Below are positions 57,001 to 64,000 of a stretch of 64,000 bases of DNA, one piece after another; position 1 is the first letter of the stretch, and each line of letters starts with the position of its first letter. The translations under genes and the position numbers were made by a program. The notes below the pieces were generated by a model that made no database searches, had not been told where the DNA came from, and was given only the letters and a program-made list of their open reading frames with translations. Source of the DNA: a virus (lineage: Duplodnaviria > Caudoviricetes); IMG/VR virus record IMGVR_UViG_3300042452_000698, positions 1-64,000 of that record. One strand, written 5' to 3'.

Positions 57001-57902
57001 CTAACGGCTTCGAATGGCCCAACGAATTTACCCTCTAGATCAACAAGCTCAACACCAAACTGTTTTAAGAATTCAATTGTTTTTGGGCGTTGAATACGAG
57101 TAAATATTGTTCTTAAACCCGTACCAATACTTTCTGCACTTTCTCGCGTTGTTGCTCTTACGCTTGTAAATAATGCTAGTAGTTCATTCAAGTCTCCACC
57201 GGATGATTTAAAAACACCACCAGTTCGTCTAATAACATCAATTAAGTCACTAGCTTCTACGGCGAAAGCTCCAGCAACAGCATTAATTGATCCAAGCTGA
57301 CTTTCAAGAGCGTCAACCCCTTTTCCAAACTGAGCAAGAATAGCAATAGCTCCCTCTGCCGTTTCTGATATACTATCAAAGTTCGGAGCGAGAGCGGCTT
57401 TGGCTAATGAATTAAGTGCTTTTTTAGTATCGTCAGCAGAAAGACCAGCTTGAGCCAATACAGTTGTTACTTCAAGTAAGTCACCAGAAGAAACACCTAA
57501 ACTAGTAGAAAGATTGGTAATTTCATTGGTTAAATCTCTAAGACCACCAATGCTTTTACCAGTTACCTGAGAAATTTTGATTAACTGTCTTTCAAAGTCA
57601 ATGGACGTTTGGACAGCATCAGCAAGGGTACTGGTAAATAGTCCAACAGCCCTTGTTGCTATAGAAAAAGCAGCAAAGCGCCTAACAGATACAGCAAATG
57701 CACGACCCATCCTTTCCGCAGCCGAAGTTGCGTTATTGGTGTTACGTGTTAATTGCTGTATCTGTCTTTGAGCTTGTTGAACGCCTTGAACCTGTACATT
57801 AACCTGTACATTATTTAATTGATTCTGTATTTGGCGAACAACTTGAGCTACATTATTTGGCGCTTGTAGTTGTAATTGAGCGGTAAGAACAAATCTTGAC
57901 AT
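51099..57902 (-). CDS. Tail tape measure protein (2267 aa)
   Basis: TP901-type core (FERQLIKISQVTG...LAQAG...NAVAGAFAV...IGTGLRTIFTR), long Ala/Gly/Gln helical regions, DTVPAMLxPGEFV motifs; follows the tail tube and chaperones. Confidence 0.93.
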   Translation of the reverse strand: MSRFVLTAQLQLQAPNNVAQVVRQIQNQLNNVQVNVQVQGVQQAQRQIQQLTRNTNNATSAAERMGRAFAVSVRRFAAFSIATRAVGLFTSTLADAVQTSIDFERQLIKISQVTGKSIGGLRDLTNEITNLSTSLGVSSGDLLEVTTVLAQAGLSADDTKKALNSLAKAALAPNFDSISETAEGAIAILAQFGKGVDALESQLGSINAVAGAFAVEASDLIDVIRRTGGVFKSSGGDLNELLALFTSVRATTRESAESIGTGLRTIFTRIQRPKTIEFLKQFGVELVDLEGKFVGPFEAVRRLSGALAGLGEGDITFIRIAEELGGFRQIGKVLPLLQQFSVAQQALNVANKAGNSLTQDAATAQQALAIRITKVKEEFLALIRSITETSTFQIMANTALTLASALIKVADAVKPLLPLLAALTAVRLVRGIGSFIGGIGGGLTSGRTFNKGGKVHKFARGGMVPGSGNRDTVPAMLQPGEFVIRKSSVNRLGASNLAAMNENRYANGGLINENTIGAAILENVGFDSSNSVKVSRQDIENKLPKNLRLSDNYPIKSQKSFTLQREGLSGQTYNSFSRIIDDNLVKVAENSAQALALDLGLSGSRTRIPPDDINRFLIGINDASRGNLFEDTLKVLSGSPFSTEPQRAFDFETGLSNVLKDDYKNLTSKYVDAKSSLAQSIPSKFQTKASNALAFEAVQNNLVRPETENEKKKRESLVLKSSFSKKKHFGGMISKFAFGGLAKAPLIDDIVNATGTMMPRPSSAIAALIKAGGGAIDIDRTLKRTIGDQAYGRAKTSGQQSAALNKYFRDPTARLRDIKSAPLTAFGRELQTAIKSGQLQPGKLSIISKSQRVPGVAEYLSQLFGIPLGNMIFTQGGSKQPAMDALRGKGPRAMRKFATGGGVGTDTVPALLTPGEFVINRSAAKSIGYGSLNRMNKIGKYAKGGVVHRFNNGGAAPAYSGSGPVMSAAGGDYIPFDTLSRQARNLSNAQQALVKTTQASNTTTQQVAQTNDQQKKSLVENVAANKMFAASMTVGLLQSFLPALDENASAATRMAHELLGLVSTITTVGFALEAFGVSLSLKNIKDLFGTGPKSIGGILQNATRGLTGGGQIGGGGPLGKGAFRAGSFVNRSASSIGNRLGSIGSSINQSQIGRGFSAGLNMPNVTFSRIASSSKSVGEKAGGFLGKSLSVGGQALSRIPGAGLVSKGLSSAASFAGNTGSQFTKGISATLKNPSKAVIGSGASTSAQAGGLIGKGLANLTKLNGIAIGVGLAFTGITSVVDSFIDYQNKANKAIQEGNIQKAKSNAVEAAGADAVNSLGSSIIAASAFFGPYGIAVGAATAGLLKLGSELPVVGPLIKKFAIGLGTFFGGNTLNSIEALAASQAGAVKTQKALEQAQKTATSAMQDFENGTITASEALSRIRAATDEANNQEKRASDFATKNLENRGGGVSGVGRNILSFLSFGGVESVSQRNERLGKQSAEQIRQASKFQSEAFALESPARSATIRSGFARGKTAEEIRNEALGVGTSGDKLARLQTLSSDVNRLGRAGDEEGAKAAEEALKQLREEIRQVDDEMKNLEKEVARAKAAFDAMNLGLRGPTATATAMSASMDRFAAGLEVGGNTFVANAEFLSQAVGSAAQAMNPADIKAAIDDVASNLEKMGVNPEKFRANTEGFIKVQQNYNKSFSKVRSDLQARLQAGQSNADSADDVRKALIDELTSGLEGDAKKNLTSILDNLKLNPEDIDKFISTGDFSAFGDQITEAGKKQLEDIVKISQERQKAEQVLINLTKTRIDAERNLVQAQQEALDLYLEGREIQAGAGGRAVSEAERRSVILGKSNAQGDRVGLSSLRTGSAAELRRRNVEMVAGAARFEQRSRTEGGLEGVGGVQAAENQKDLQQAYKQQVDTIRSLIKLEQEELKIVQEKNRLEKESLESLIKGDIDKFFEQQAAVGATAAISTGNQDLINQFGATALAGAFENIQRQQAAGVQEIFGMQLGGPGGLLEMAAGAALGARGVTDAGAARSLAGTTPEEEARRATIRELGGVLAETGQAGVDMAQMELNTASINVQKGEFIIQDIEQRGRIAAGMYRGGTVYANNGMFVPRGTDTVPAMLTPGEFVVNRAAVNRGNNLQLLRAINSGANSAGLSKGGSVRYYNNGGKVQYLQNGGVATGQGVSIDPALVSDLINGLNNFNTNLTKNIKDLQNTKFQIKLDTTNINVNLSGGTFLSSLAGQIKKEILTEVGEKIKNYKVVEGGRLQGNMTGVI
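51543..56492 (-). repeat. Three DTVPA(M/L)L(T/Q)PGEF copies and about 12 [KR][FY]AxGG-type motifs within the tape measure
   Basis: Copies at 56457-56492, 55152-55187 and 51543-51578; GG motifs include FNKGG, KFARGG, RYANGG, KHFGG, KFAFGG, KFATGG, KYAKGG, RFNNGG, YYNNGG, YLQNGG. Confidence 0.9.
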
Positions 57903-57933
57903 ATTTGCCTTTACTGGTTAAAACCGCCCACTA

Positions 57934-58809
57934 TCAGTTACTTTCCGAGACTTTTGCCTTTTTTGGTCTTCCTACTTTACTATCCTCTGATTGTGATGAT
58001 TCCTCATTTTCTGTAACATATGTCACAGTTGGTATATAGTTACCAAATTCGTCTAGGGGATTACCATCTTTATCTACACGTTTTCCTTCTTCATTAATAT
58101 AATACCCATTTTTATCAATTTTTCTTCCTTCAAGATCTACGGTTTCTCCCTTGTTATTTACTAGGGATAAATCTTCATTGACAAAGTTAAACATTTTAAG
58201 GAACTTATTCTCTGGTAATTTAGCCTCAAAATCCTTGTCAACAGAATAAAGCATTGATGCTAGAGCCGAGGCAGCAGCAAATCCAAGATCGCTGTCAGCA
58301 TTTTCTCTATATTCTTCTAAAGAATTATATAATTTAGAGCCATTTTCACGAAATGTACAGTTGGCAACCAAGAAATCAAACCTAGCATTATCAGAAATTG
58401 CCTCCGCTGTATTTTGCTCTAAGCTCATTTTTTCAGCTATTAAGTCTCTTAATTCATTTCTCTTGACTCTCATTTTAATAGCTATTTCTTTTCCTTCAGA
58501 AGCTTTTAGCTTTTTATGGCCAGCACTTCCGACATATAGGGACTTTTCTAGATCACTAATTTCTTGAATAATTTTTCTTTGTTCTTCATCCTTTCCATCG
58601 TCCCATATTCCCTGCTCTTTCATGAACTTTTCAAGTTCTTTCTTGGTCATAATTCCATCACGAACACAATCGGTCCAAGCTTTGGCGCCAACTCTTTGTG
58701 CTTGTGAAAGAACAGCGTTATTGGGCTTCTTAATTAGAAGTGTGACCTTTTCTTCTTTGTCACCATTATTTACTGTTACTTCTACGGTCTTTTCCTTGTC
58801 TTTAATCAT
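57934..58809 (-). CDS. Tail assembly chaperone-like protein (paralog B)
   Basis: Directly upstream of the tape measure; strong RBS AAGGAGG; C-terminal DxxG repeats. Confidence 0.6.
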   Translation of the reverse strand: MIKDKEKTVEVTVNNGDKEEKVTLLIKKPNNAVLSQAQRVGAKAWTDCVRDGIMTKKELEKFMKEQGIWDDGKDEEQRKIIQEISDLEKSLYVGSAGHKKLKASEGKEIAIKMRVKRNELRDLIAEKMSLEQNTAEAISDNARFDFLVANCTFRENGSKLYNSLEEYRENADSDLGFAAASALASMLYSVDKDFEAKLPENKFLKMFNFVNEDLSLVNNKGETVDLEGRKIDKNGYYINEEGKRVDKDGNPLDEFGNYIPTVTYVTENEESSQSEDSKVGRPKKAKVSESN

Positions 58810-58821
58810 GTTATCCTCCTT

Positions 58822-59151
58822 TTAATTCTTTGGTTGTTGTATTACTGGCATTTTAATAGAATATTTTAACCACTCTACATCATATTGAGATAATTCTGCA
58901 TCAATATTTCTAGCTTGATTATTTCCTTTGTCTAGAATTTCAGACCTTATTTTTTCATATAGTGCCTTGAAAGCCTTTTTTTGATCAGAAGATAATGAAT
59001 TATTACTATCATCCCATAAAAATCCAAAGTTTTCTTCTACGCTACTTAGTGCGCCAATCATTGTGGTCTGAATTTTTTTTCTTAATATTTTGCTAAGTCT
59101 ATCTTTTGAATCTGCTTTATATTTTTCTTCTCTTATTTTTTTATAATCCAT
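58822..59151 (-). CDS. Hypothetical helical protein
   Basis: 109 aa, TAATG overlap with the upstream gene. Confidence 0.7.
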   Translation of the reverse strand: MDYKKIREEKYKADSKDRLSKILRKKIQTTMIGALSSVEENFGFLWDDSNNSLSSDQKKAFKALYEKIRSEILDKGNNQARNIDAELSQYDVEWLKYSIKMPVIQQPKN

Positions 59152-60200
59152 TATCGTCCTCCTCTTACTTTATTCCTAAAGGCATTTGTTTGGTCCATTT
59201 GAATTTGTAATCTTTGGTCTGGCAAATTGTGATCTTGTACTATGCCAGCTTGTTTAATAAAATTTTCCCTTTGTTTTTTAATCATCATAGAATGAACGCT
59301 ATTTGCTTTATTAATTTGTTCTGCGTGTTCATCGCTTTGTGCTACTACGAATACCTCGCTAGCATTTTTAATCTTCTCATTTTTTACTAAACCGTCTACT
59401 TCTTTTTCTGCGTTTTCTTTCTCTCGTTTTTGGGCCTGTATTATAAACCATCCATCTAACATATCGTCATCTTCTATAACATCTTTACTTGGGCAGTCCA
59501 TTGATTCTTGTATGTTGTCATACATTTGCGACCATATAATTAGATTTTTTTGATTATATGTTAGTTCAGAATTTTCCTCATTCATGAAAAGTTTTATTTT
59601 AGCATTATCACGTATTGTCCACAAAGATTTCCAAGGCTCATTTCTAGCTAAATCTCTTGAAATAGAATCGGCCAAAAAAGAAGATTGCCATTCATCTATT
59701 ATATAAGACAAAGAGACTTGAGCAAAATCATATAAGATATTATCTTTATAAGTTGTATTTTTGATTAGCCAAGAAATTTTGTCTGCTGTTGCTATTCCCT
59801 CTCTTGTATTTTGCATGTATGAATTTTTTTTATTAACATAATTTATAAGTTGCTTTTCAATTGCTCTAATATATAATCTTATCTGTGAGGCTTTTTTCTT
59901 ATCATTTCTAGCATTGTATATTTCAACTTTAAGCTTTTCTATGTCTTTTTTTATGCTTTCTATTTTTTTATCGTCGTGTGGCGTCCACAAATCTTGCTCA
60001 AACATCCATTCAAGCATTTCATCTTCGGACATTATTTCGTCAATATATGCCTGCTTATAACTTTCATCATATATTTCACAAGCCTCTATGCATTGGTCTA
60101 TTGTTGGCGGTTTTACTATAAATTTTTGATTTTCTATATTTATATGCGTGTTTCCAGATCGTATCTTAAAAATTAAAAGCTCCCGCTCATGTTGTTTCAT
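59151..60200 (-). CDS. Tail assembly chaperone-like protein (paralog A)
   Basis: Follows the tail tube; N-terminal ~160 aa align by eye with 57934-58809. Confidence 0.6.
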   Translation of the reverse strand: MKQHERELLIFKIRSGNTHINIENQKFIVKPPTIDQCIEACEIYDESYKQAYIDEIMSEDEMLEWMFEQDLWTPHDDKKIESIKKDIEKLKVEIYNARNDKKKASQIRLYIRAIEKQLINYVNKKNSYMQNTREGIATADKISWLIKNTTYKDNILYDFAQVSLSYIIDEWQSSFLADSISRDLARNEPWKSLWTIRDNAKIKLFMNEENSELTYNQKNLIIWSQMYDNIQESMDCPSKDVIEDDDMLDGWFIIQAQKREKENAEKEVDGLVKNEKIKNASEVFVVAQSDEHAEQINKANSVHSMMIKKQRENFIKQAGIVQDHNLPDQRLQIQMDQTNAFRNKVRGGR

Positions 60201-60223
60201 AAAAACCTCATGATGGGAGCTTT
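60176..60223 (-). promoter_or_regulatory. Long hairpin enclosing the RBS and start codon of 59151-60200
   Basis: Perfect 9-bp arms AAAGCTCCC/GGGAGCTTT, inner TCATG/CATGA and GTTT/AAAC stems; the AUG sits in the loop. Confidence 0.6.
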
Positions 60224-60266
60224 ATTGTGTTTCCTTTAAAATCCTAATAAATTATTGAATTATATA

Positions 60267-61466
60267 TCAATCTTCGCCATATCTTGCACCGGTTGGTTGT
60301 GGAATTGTGGCTGATCCGCTTAGTAGGTTTGCCGATGTTACACCGGTTCCAACAATTGGTGGAACAACAACAAGTTCATTGTAACCAACGAATGAATATG
60401 TTGATGTTGCATTTCCACCGCCAGCATCTCCACCGCCATATGTTACTGAAGAAAGTCTATTTTTCTTTCCTAGATAGAATCCAGTACCGTCAGTTAGTCT
60501 AACAAGTATTGGTTCTTCTCTAGTGTTATTGCCAGATGGATGTGGTGTATCTGATGGAACGGTTACAGCGAATAGTGCTGGATCACCCTCTTCCATAGCA
60601 TTGATGAAGTCTCCAGAAACTGAAATAACTTCAAATTCTGAAGTAACTTCTACTGGATAATTTGGAGCGCGATAGTATGGTAACTTTTTACCAAGCTCTA
60701 AAATATCTTCTCTTCCAAGATCTGTGCTAATTGTTATGCTTTGGATGTGTGCTTTTGGACATTTTTTCTCTGCGTCCCAATTATTTCCAACACCAGTTCC
60801 AGCAACGCCATAAATACTAGAAGGTATTATGCATTTTTGCATATCGATATTTTCGCGTCTTTGTATTCCACCAAGTTTTGTGGAAGAATCAAGATTTTGT
60901 GGATAATCTGGATTACCGGTTGTTGCATTTGGTCTTCTAAAATATAGTGATGTTGCTGCTGTAATACCAGTTGCTTCTGTATTTATTAACCATTGTTTGC
61001 TATTTCCAACTAATGTTACTGATTCGGTGCAATTTCCGTCTGTTGGTAGAGTATATGAAACATTATTTAAATACATCCCGCTCATGTATACTTGAACTGG
61101 AGCAACTCCGCTTACAGAATTTCTATCATCTGCATAAATTCCTAATACAACTGAGCATTTGTTTTTTGCTCTAGCAACTAGGGTATGATCATCTAATGCA
61201 TCAGAATAAGTGCCAGTTGGAAGTGTAGCTAATCTATATAGTAAGGGATAGCCATCGAGAACCTTTTCTATTGTTACTTCAATGTCTGGTACGCCTTCAA
61301 TATTTTCATAAATTTCAATCTGACCTAATTCAAAGACTTGTTCTAGATTAAATGTTGTGTTAATGCCAACGCTTTGTACACCGTGAACTTCTCTGAAACC
61401 ATTGGTTTCTAGTTCTGTACCCATAGCGACAGCTTGGCAGGCATAAAATATTCTATTATTTGCCAT
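60267..61466 (-). CDS. Major tail tube protein
   Basis: HGVQSVGINTTFNLEQVFELGQIEIY...IEVTIEK and ITISTDLGREDILELG...VEVTSEFE, a duplicated tube-like strand pattern; strong RBS AGGAG. Confidence 0.75.
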   Translation of the reverse strand: MANNRIFYACQAVAMGTELETNGFREVHGVQSVGINTTFNLEQVFELGQIEIYENIEGVPDIEVTIEKVLDGYPLLYRLATLPTGTYSDALDDHTLVARAKNKCSVVLGIYADDRNSVSGVAPVQVYMSGMYLNNVSYTLPTDGNCTESVTLVGNSKQWLINTEATGITAATSLYFRRPNATTGNPDYPQNLDSSTKLGGIQRRENIDMQKCIIPSSIYGVAGTGVGNNWDAEKKCPKAHIQSITISTDLGREDILELGKKLPYYRAPNYPVEVTSEFEVISVSGDFINAMEEGDPALFAVTVPSDTPHPSGNNTREEPILVRLTDGTGFYLGKKNRLSSVTYGGGDAGGGNATSTYSFVGYNELVVVPPIVGTGVTSANLLSGSATIPQPTGARYGED

Positions 61467-61506
61467 TATATTGTCTCTCCTGTTAAAGTGATAATGCTAT
61501 TTGTAT

Positions 61507-61518
61507 ATACACAAAATT
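61507..61518 (-). promoter_or_regulatory. Putative late-promoter motif AATTTTGTGTAT
   Basis: Upstream of the tail tube; matches 28987-28998. Confidence 0.5.
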
Positions 61519-62476
61519 ATATTGGATATTCTATTATTTCGACGGTTAACCTTACTATGCCAGCATAGAAATTGGAGTTAATTAAGTCCATAGCTTGAAC
61601 TGTAGAGTTTTTAAGCCACATTGAGCCTCTATTGTATTTAGTAATTAATTCTGGATATCTTAATGCTCCAGAAACCGGTGTGCCAAACGCATTGATTGGG
61701 AATTCATTGCCAGAAGCCACCAAATTACTATCAAACATATACACCTTTTTGTCGTTTTGTAAAGATATAATATCTACTAATTTATTTCTAGTAAATTCGT
61801 CTTCTGCTAAACAATGAAATATTATATCAGTATCTACGATTTGGCCTCCACCAAGCTGATAACCTTTTAGCGATCTTCTTGGTACAATTTCTACCGCAAC
61901 CGCTGGTAGCTGAACTCTGGATTCTGCTGGCAATGTAAATTCGTTATTTGCTGGCTGAAGATCTAGTGTTCTATACTGTATTTCTCTTAGCCACGGAAGA
62001 CTATTGGCATATATAATATTAACATATTTATAGCTATATTCGGCTTTTACTACTGATCCTGTTGGTATGGGATTATTAAAAATCACCCTACCATTGTAGT
62101 AATCTATTTTATACTCGTATTGTCCACTTGTCGTTGTTGGGTAAAATGAATTTCCAACGTAAATCCCGGATATTCCCGGTTTAGCGTTATTTGTTCCAAC
62201 TATCGGTTGTGGATTATATGATATGCCACTTTGCCAAACCCAATTCTTTCTAAATGATTCCCAGCATCGTCCAGCTTTATAATTAGAATCTTTAGATAGT
62301 TTTAATACGCTATAATTGCCACTTTCTGGAGAAAGCTCATCAAGAGTAACATTAAAATAGTTACCCTTTTCTAATAAAGCCCAATCTATAAATTCAACTA
62401 TATTGTCCTGTATCTCATTATTGAGAGTGGTGGAAAATATATTATCAAAGCCTTTTAGATTTAAATAGTCTGTCAT
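61517..62476 (-). CDS. Tail completion/terminator-like protein
   Basis: VQLPAVAVE...GYQLGGG...DIIFHCLAED..TRNKLVDII pattern; immediately upstream of the tube gene. Confidence 0.55.
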   Translation of the reverse strand: MTDYLNLKGFDNIFSTTLNNEIQDNIVEFIDWALLEKGNYFNVTLDELSPESGNYSVLKLSKDSNYKAGRCWESFRKNWVWQSGISYNPQPIVGTNNAKPGISGIYVGNSFYPTTTSGQYEYKIDYYNGRVIFNNPIPTGSVVKAEYSYKYVNIIYANSLPWLREIQYRTLDLQPANNEFTLPAESRVQLPAVAVEIVPRRSLKGYQLGGGQIVDTDIIFHCLAEDEFTRNKLVDIISLQNDKKVYMFDSNLVASGNEFPINAFGTPVSGALRYPELITKYNRGSMWLKNSTVQAMDLINSNFYAGIVRLTVEIIEYPI

Positions 62477-63105
62477 TTTAAGTATTTAATAAAAATGTCT
62501 GTGACTTCTTTTTCTTGCTCTGAACCAATTAATGCTCTTGTTATAAAGTTATTATCTTTTGTTCCAGAAAATTCTGGAGGAACTCTAAATGATCCTTGCT
62601 TTACCATGTTTCCGAGATTAGATCTTCCTATTCCGGTTTGTGGGTTATATTGATAATTAGCAACAATTGTGCTATCGCCCTTTAGTAGTAACCAGTTTAA
62701 CCAGTGTAAATCTGTTGAGTTATATACAACGTGGCCTTCTGGAAGTGATAATAGATTATTAAAATCGGATGGTTGAACATATACCTCAAATCCACCAACG
62801 AACTTCTCATTGTATCTTATAAATTTAAATGAAATTGTGTTTAATAATGAAGATATAATTGTATTTACTATAACGGAAGTATTAGATGCTATTCCAAATT
62901 GCCCCTTTAAAGAGTTAGCTTCTTGAGAAACTAATGATTTAACCTCCGGTTGAGAAACTATCCAAGATGGTATTCTTTTTCTTATATCTGAAATAATATT
63001 TGATTGATTTTTTATTATTCTTTTATTTACTTCTTCTGCTATAGCTGAATTTATGTTTTTTTCAATAGTGCTTACATCTTCAAGTATTCTTAGTGAGATG
63101 CTCAT
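62473..63105 (-). CDS. Neck/tail-completion protein (putative)
   Basis: ATG at 63105 overlaps the upstream TAA; HWLNWLL; position in the head-tail module. Confidence 0.5.
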   Translation of the reverse strand: MSISLRILEDVSTIEKNINSAIAEEVNKRIIKNQSNIISDIRKRIPSWIVSQPEVKSLVSQEANSLKGQFGIASNTSVIVNTIISSLLNTISFKFIRYNEKFVGGFEVYVQPSDFNNLLSLPEGHVVYNSTDLHWLNWLLLKGDSTIVANYQYNPQTGIGRSNLGNMVKQGSFRVPPEFSGTKDNNFITRALIGSEQEKEVTDIFIKYLK

Positions 63106-63587
63106 TATATTCTTTTCCACAAGCATGAAAAATATCTATTTTGTCTTAATCCCATTGGGGAATGTTCGCCGTATCTTTCAAATCTAAATTCTTTTAATTG
63201 TTTTATTCCTTCGTGTACAATAAGTGCTTTAGCTTGTAATACTTTTGTTAAATCAGACATAAAACCAATTGTTTGTATTGATCCGTCTGGAACCTTTATT
63301 GTGTCTGTAACATTCGTCCATTGTCTTGGATCCCAATAAACTTTTAACTTAATTGGTGTTAAAACTTCTACCTCTTTAATTATTTTTTGTGATCTTTCAT
63401 AGTCGCCACCACGATTTCTATGAGCATTAATAGATCCTTTTTCTGGTATGTTATTATTCGGAATAGTAACTATTTCTTCTATTTTATTAATAGAAACTAA
63501 TTGGCAGTTTACACCAAAAATATCAAAGGTTGAATCTATAACATCATAATATTTTTCGAAAACGCTTTCTGGAACTATAATTGGCAT
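63105..63587 (-). CDS. Head closure/stopper-like protein (putative)
   Basis: ATG at 63587 (TAATG overlap); beta-rich, LKVYWDP; position in the head-tail module. Confidence 0.5.
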   Translation of the reverse strand: MPIIVPESVFEKYYDVIDSTFDIFGVNCQLVSINKIEEIVTIPNNNIPEKGSINAHRNRGGDYERSQKIIKEVEVLTPIKLKVYWDPRQWTNVTDTIKVPDGSIQTIGFMSDLTKVLQAKALIVHEGIKQLKEFRFERYGEHSPMGLRQNRYFSCLWKRI

Positions 63588-64000
63588 TATATCCACCCTA
63601 GTTCTTCTATTGTTAAAGCTTCTTTTGTTTCGTAAACTCTTTGCGCGTAAGTTTTGCTTAATAAAGTTCTTGCTTGTCCATATTGTAGCATTAAAGATGT
63701 TAAGTCTTGTAGATTAAGTGCGTGAGAATTTCCCTCTGTGTCAATAATAAAGATGTCTTCTGTTATTCCTAGTTCGGCAGCTTCTTTCGAAAGAGTGAAT
63801 ATTCCTGTTAATAATGTTATATCTTCAGTATTTAATCCAAGCTTCCACCCGTAGGGCGTTTCCCAGCCTTGGTTTATAACATTTTTCCACCAAATATCTA
63901 TTTCTTGTAACTTTTTAAGTTTTGCACTTTCCAATGGCCATCCAGCTAGAACATAAAAAATTTGAGTAGCCTGTTCTTCTGTTGGCTGTTCTATGTATGT
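63587..64000 (-). CDS. Partial CDS (5' end outside the window), DUF4376-like C-terminal domain
   Basis: Frame stays open to nt 64000 (TYIEQPTEEQATQIFYVLAGWPLE...); KLKKLQEID...DTEGNSHALNLQDL pattern. Confidence 0.55.
   Translation of the reverse strand, partial: TYIEQPTEEQATQIFYVLAGWPLESAKLKKLQEIDIWWKNVINQGWETPYGWKLGLNTEDITLLTGIFTLSKEAAELGITEDIFIIDTEGNSHALNLQDLTSLMLQYGQARTLLSKTYAQRVYETKEALTIEELGWI

Noticed and set aside
51099-57902. Higher GC in the tape measure as a sign of horizontal transfer
   Set aside because: Explained by Ala/Gly-rich composition; third positions remain A/T-rich and CCWGG avoidance continues
57958-57964. Classic -1 slippery heptamer A AAA AAG near the end of the chaperone gene before the tape measure
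   Set aside because: The -1 frame reads AAA GGC AAA AGT CTC GGA AAG TAA and stops within 8 codons, so no GT-like fusion is possible
60226-60254. Third GTGTTT-type promoter
   Set aside because: Antisense to the local genes and lacks a -10 box at the 17-nt spacing
332-61817. Numerous antisense or alternate-frame ORFs in the track (e.g. 4250-4774, 20178-20648, 50758-51153, 53029-53445)
   Set aside because: They lie inside well-supported genes, lack an RBS or motifs, and look like shadow ORFs
60267-62476. Contractile (myovirus) tail
   Set aside because: No sheath-sized gene precedes the tube gene; the arrangement fits a long non-contractile tail
1-64000. Stop-codon recoding as in some large phages
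   Set aside because: Genes are full-length and tightly packed in code 11, and TAA, TAG and TGA all act as stops
1-64000. tRNA, rRNA or other structured ncRNA genes
   Set aside because: Intergenic gaps are about 100 nt or less and contain only terminator, promoter and RBS features; no cloverleaf seen

Overview
A 64-kb segment of a large, AT-rich (roughly 30% GC) tailed bacteriophage genome using the standard genetic code. It has two convergent blocks that meet at a terminator hairpin (25551-25587). The + strand block (1-25526) encodes DNA replication and recombination: RecA, DnaB, primase, dNMP kinase, a Cas4-like nuclease, SSB and a Rad52-like annealing protein. It also holds a DNA polymerase III alpha (DnaE) split into two genes around a DEDDh exonuclease and an HNH endonuclease, and a large glycosyltransferase cluster. 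The - strand block (25586-64000) is a siphovirus-type head-completion/tail operon: neck proteins, tail tube with no sheath, two paralogous chaperone-like genes, a 2267-aa tape measure, a 3685-aa adhesin-like protein and hub/baseplate proteins. It ends in a tightly coupled cassette of CAP protein, secreted HExxH peptidase, CarF/TMEM189-type lipid desaturase, patatin phospholipase and an unannotated 30-aa membrane peptide. Main leads: (1) this lipid-remodelling cassette, sitting where lysis genes usually lie; (2) a tape measure carrying enzyme-like cargo (PD-(D/E)XK-like, HAD-like) between repeated [KR][FY]AxGG motifs; (3) a giant tail protein with an integrin-alpha-like layout (7 FG-GAP blades, MIDAS-type motif between blades 2 and 3); (4) an intein-free split DnaE; (5) apparent total avoidance of CCWGG. 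All family calls come from motif recognition by eye; no database searches were run. No tRNA, rRNA or CRISPR array was seen.
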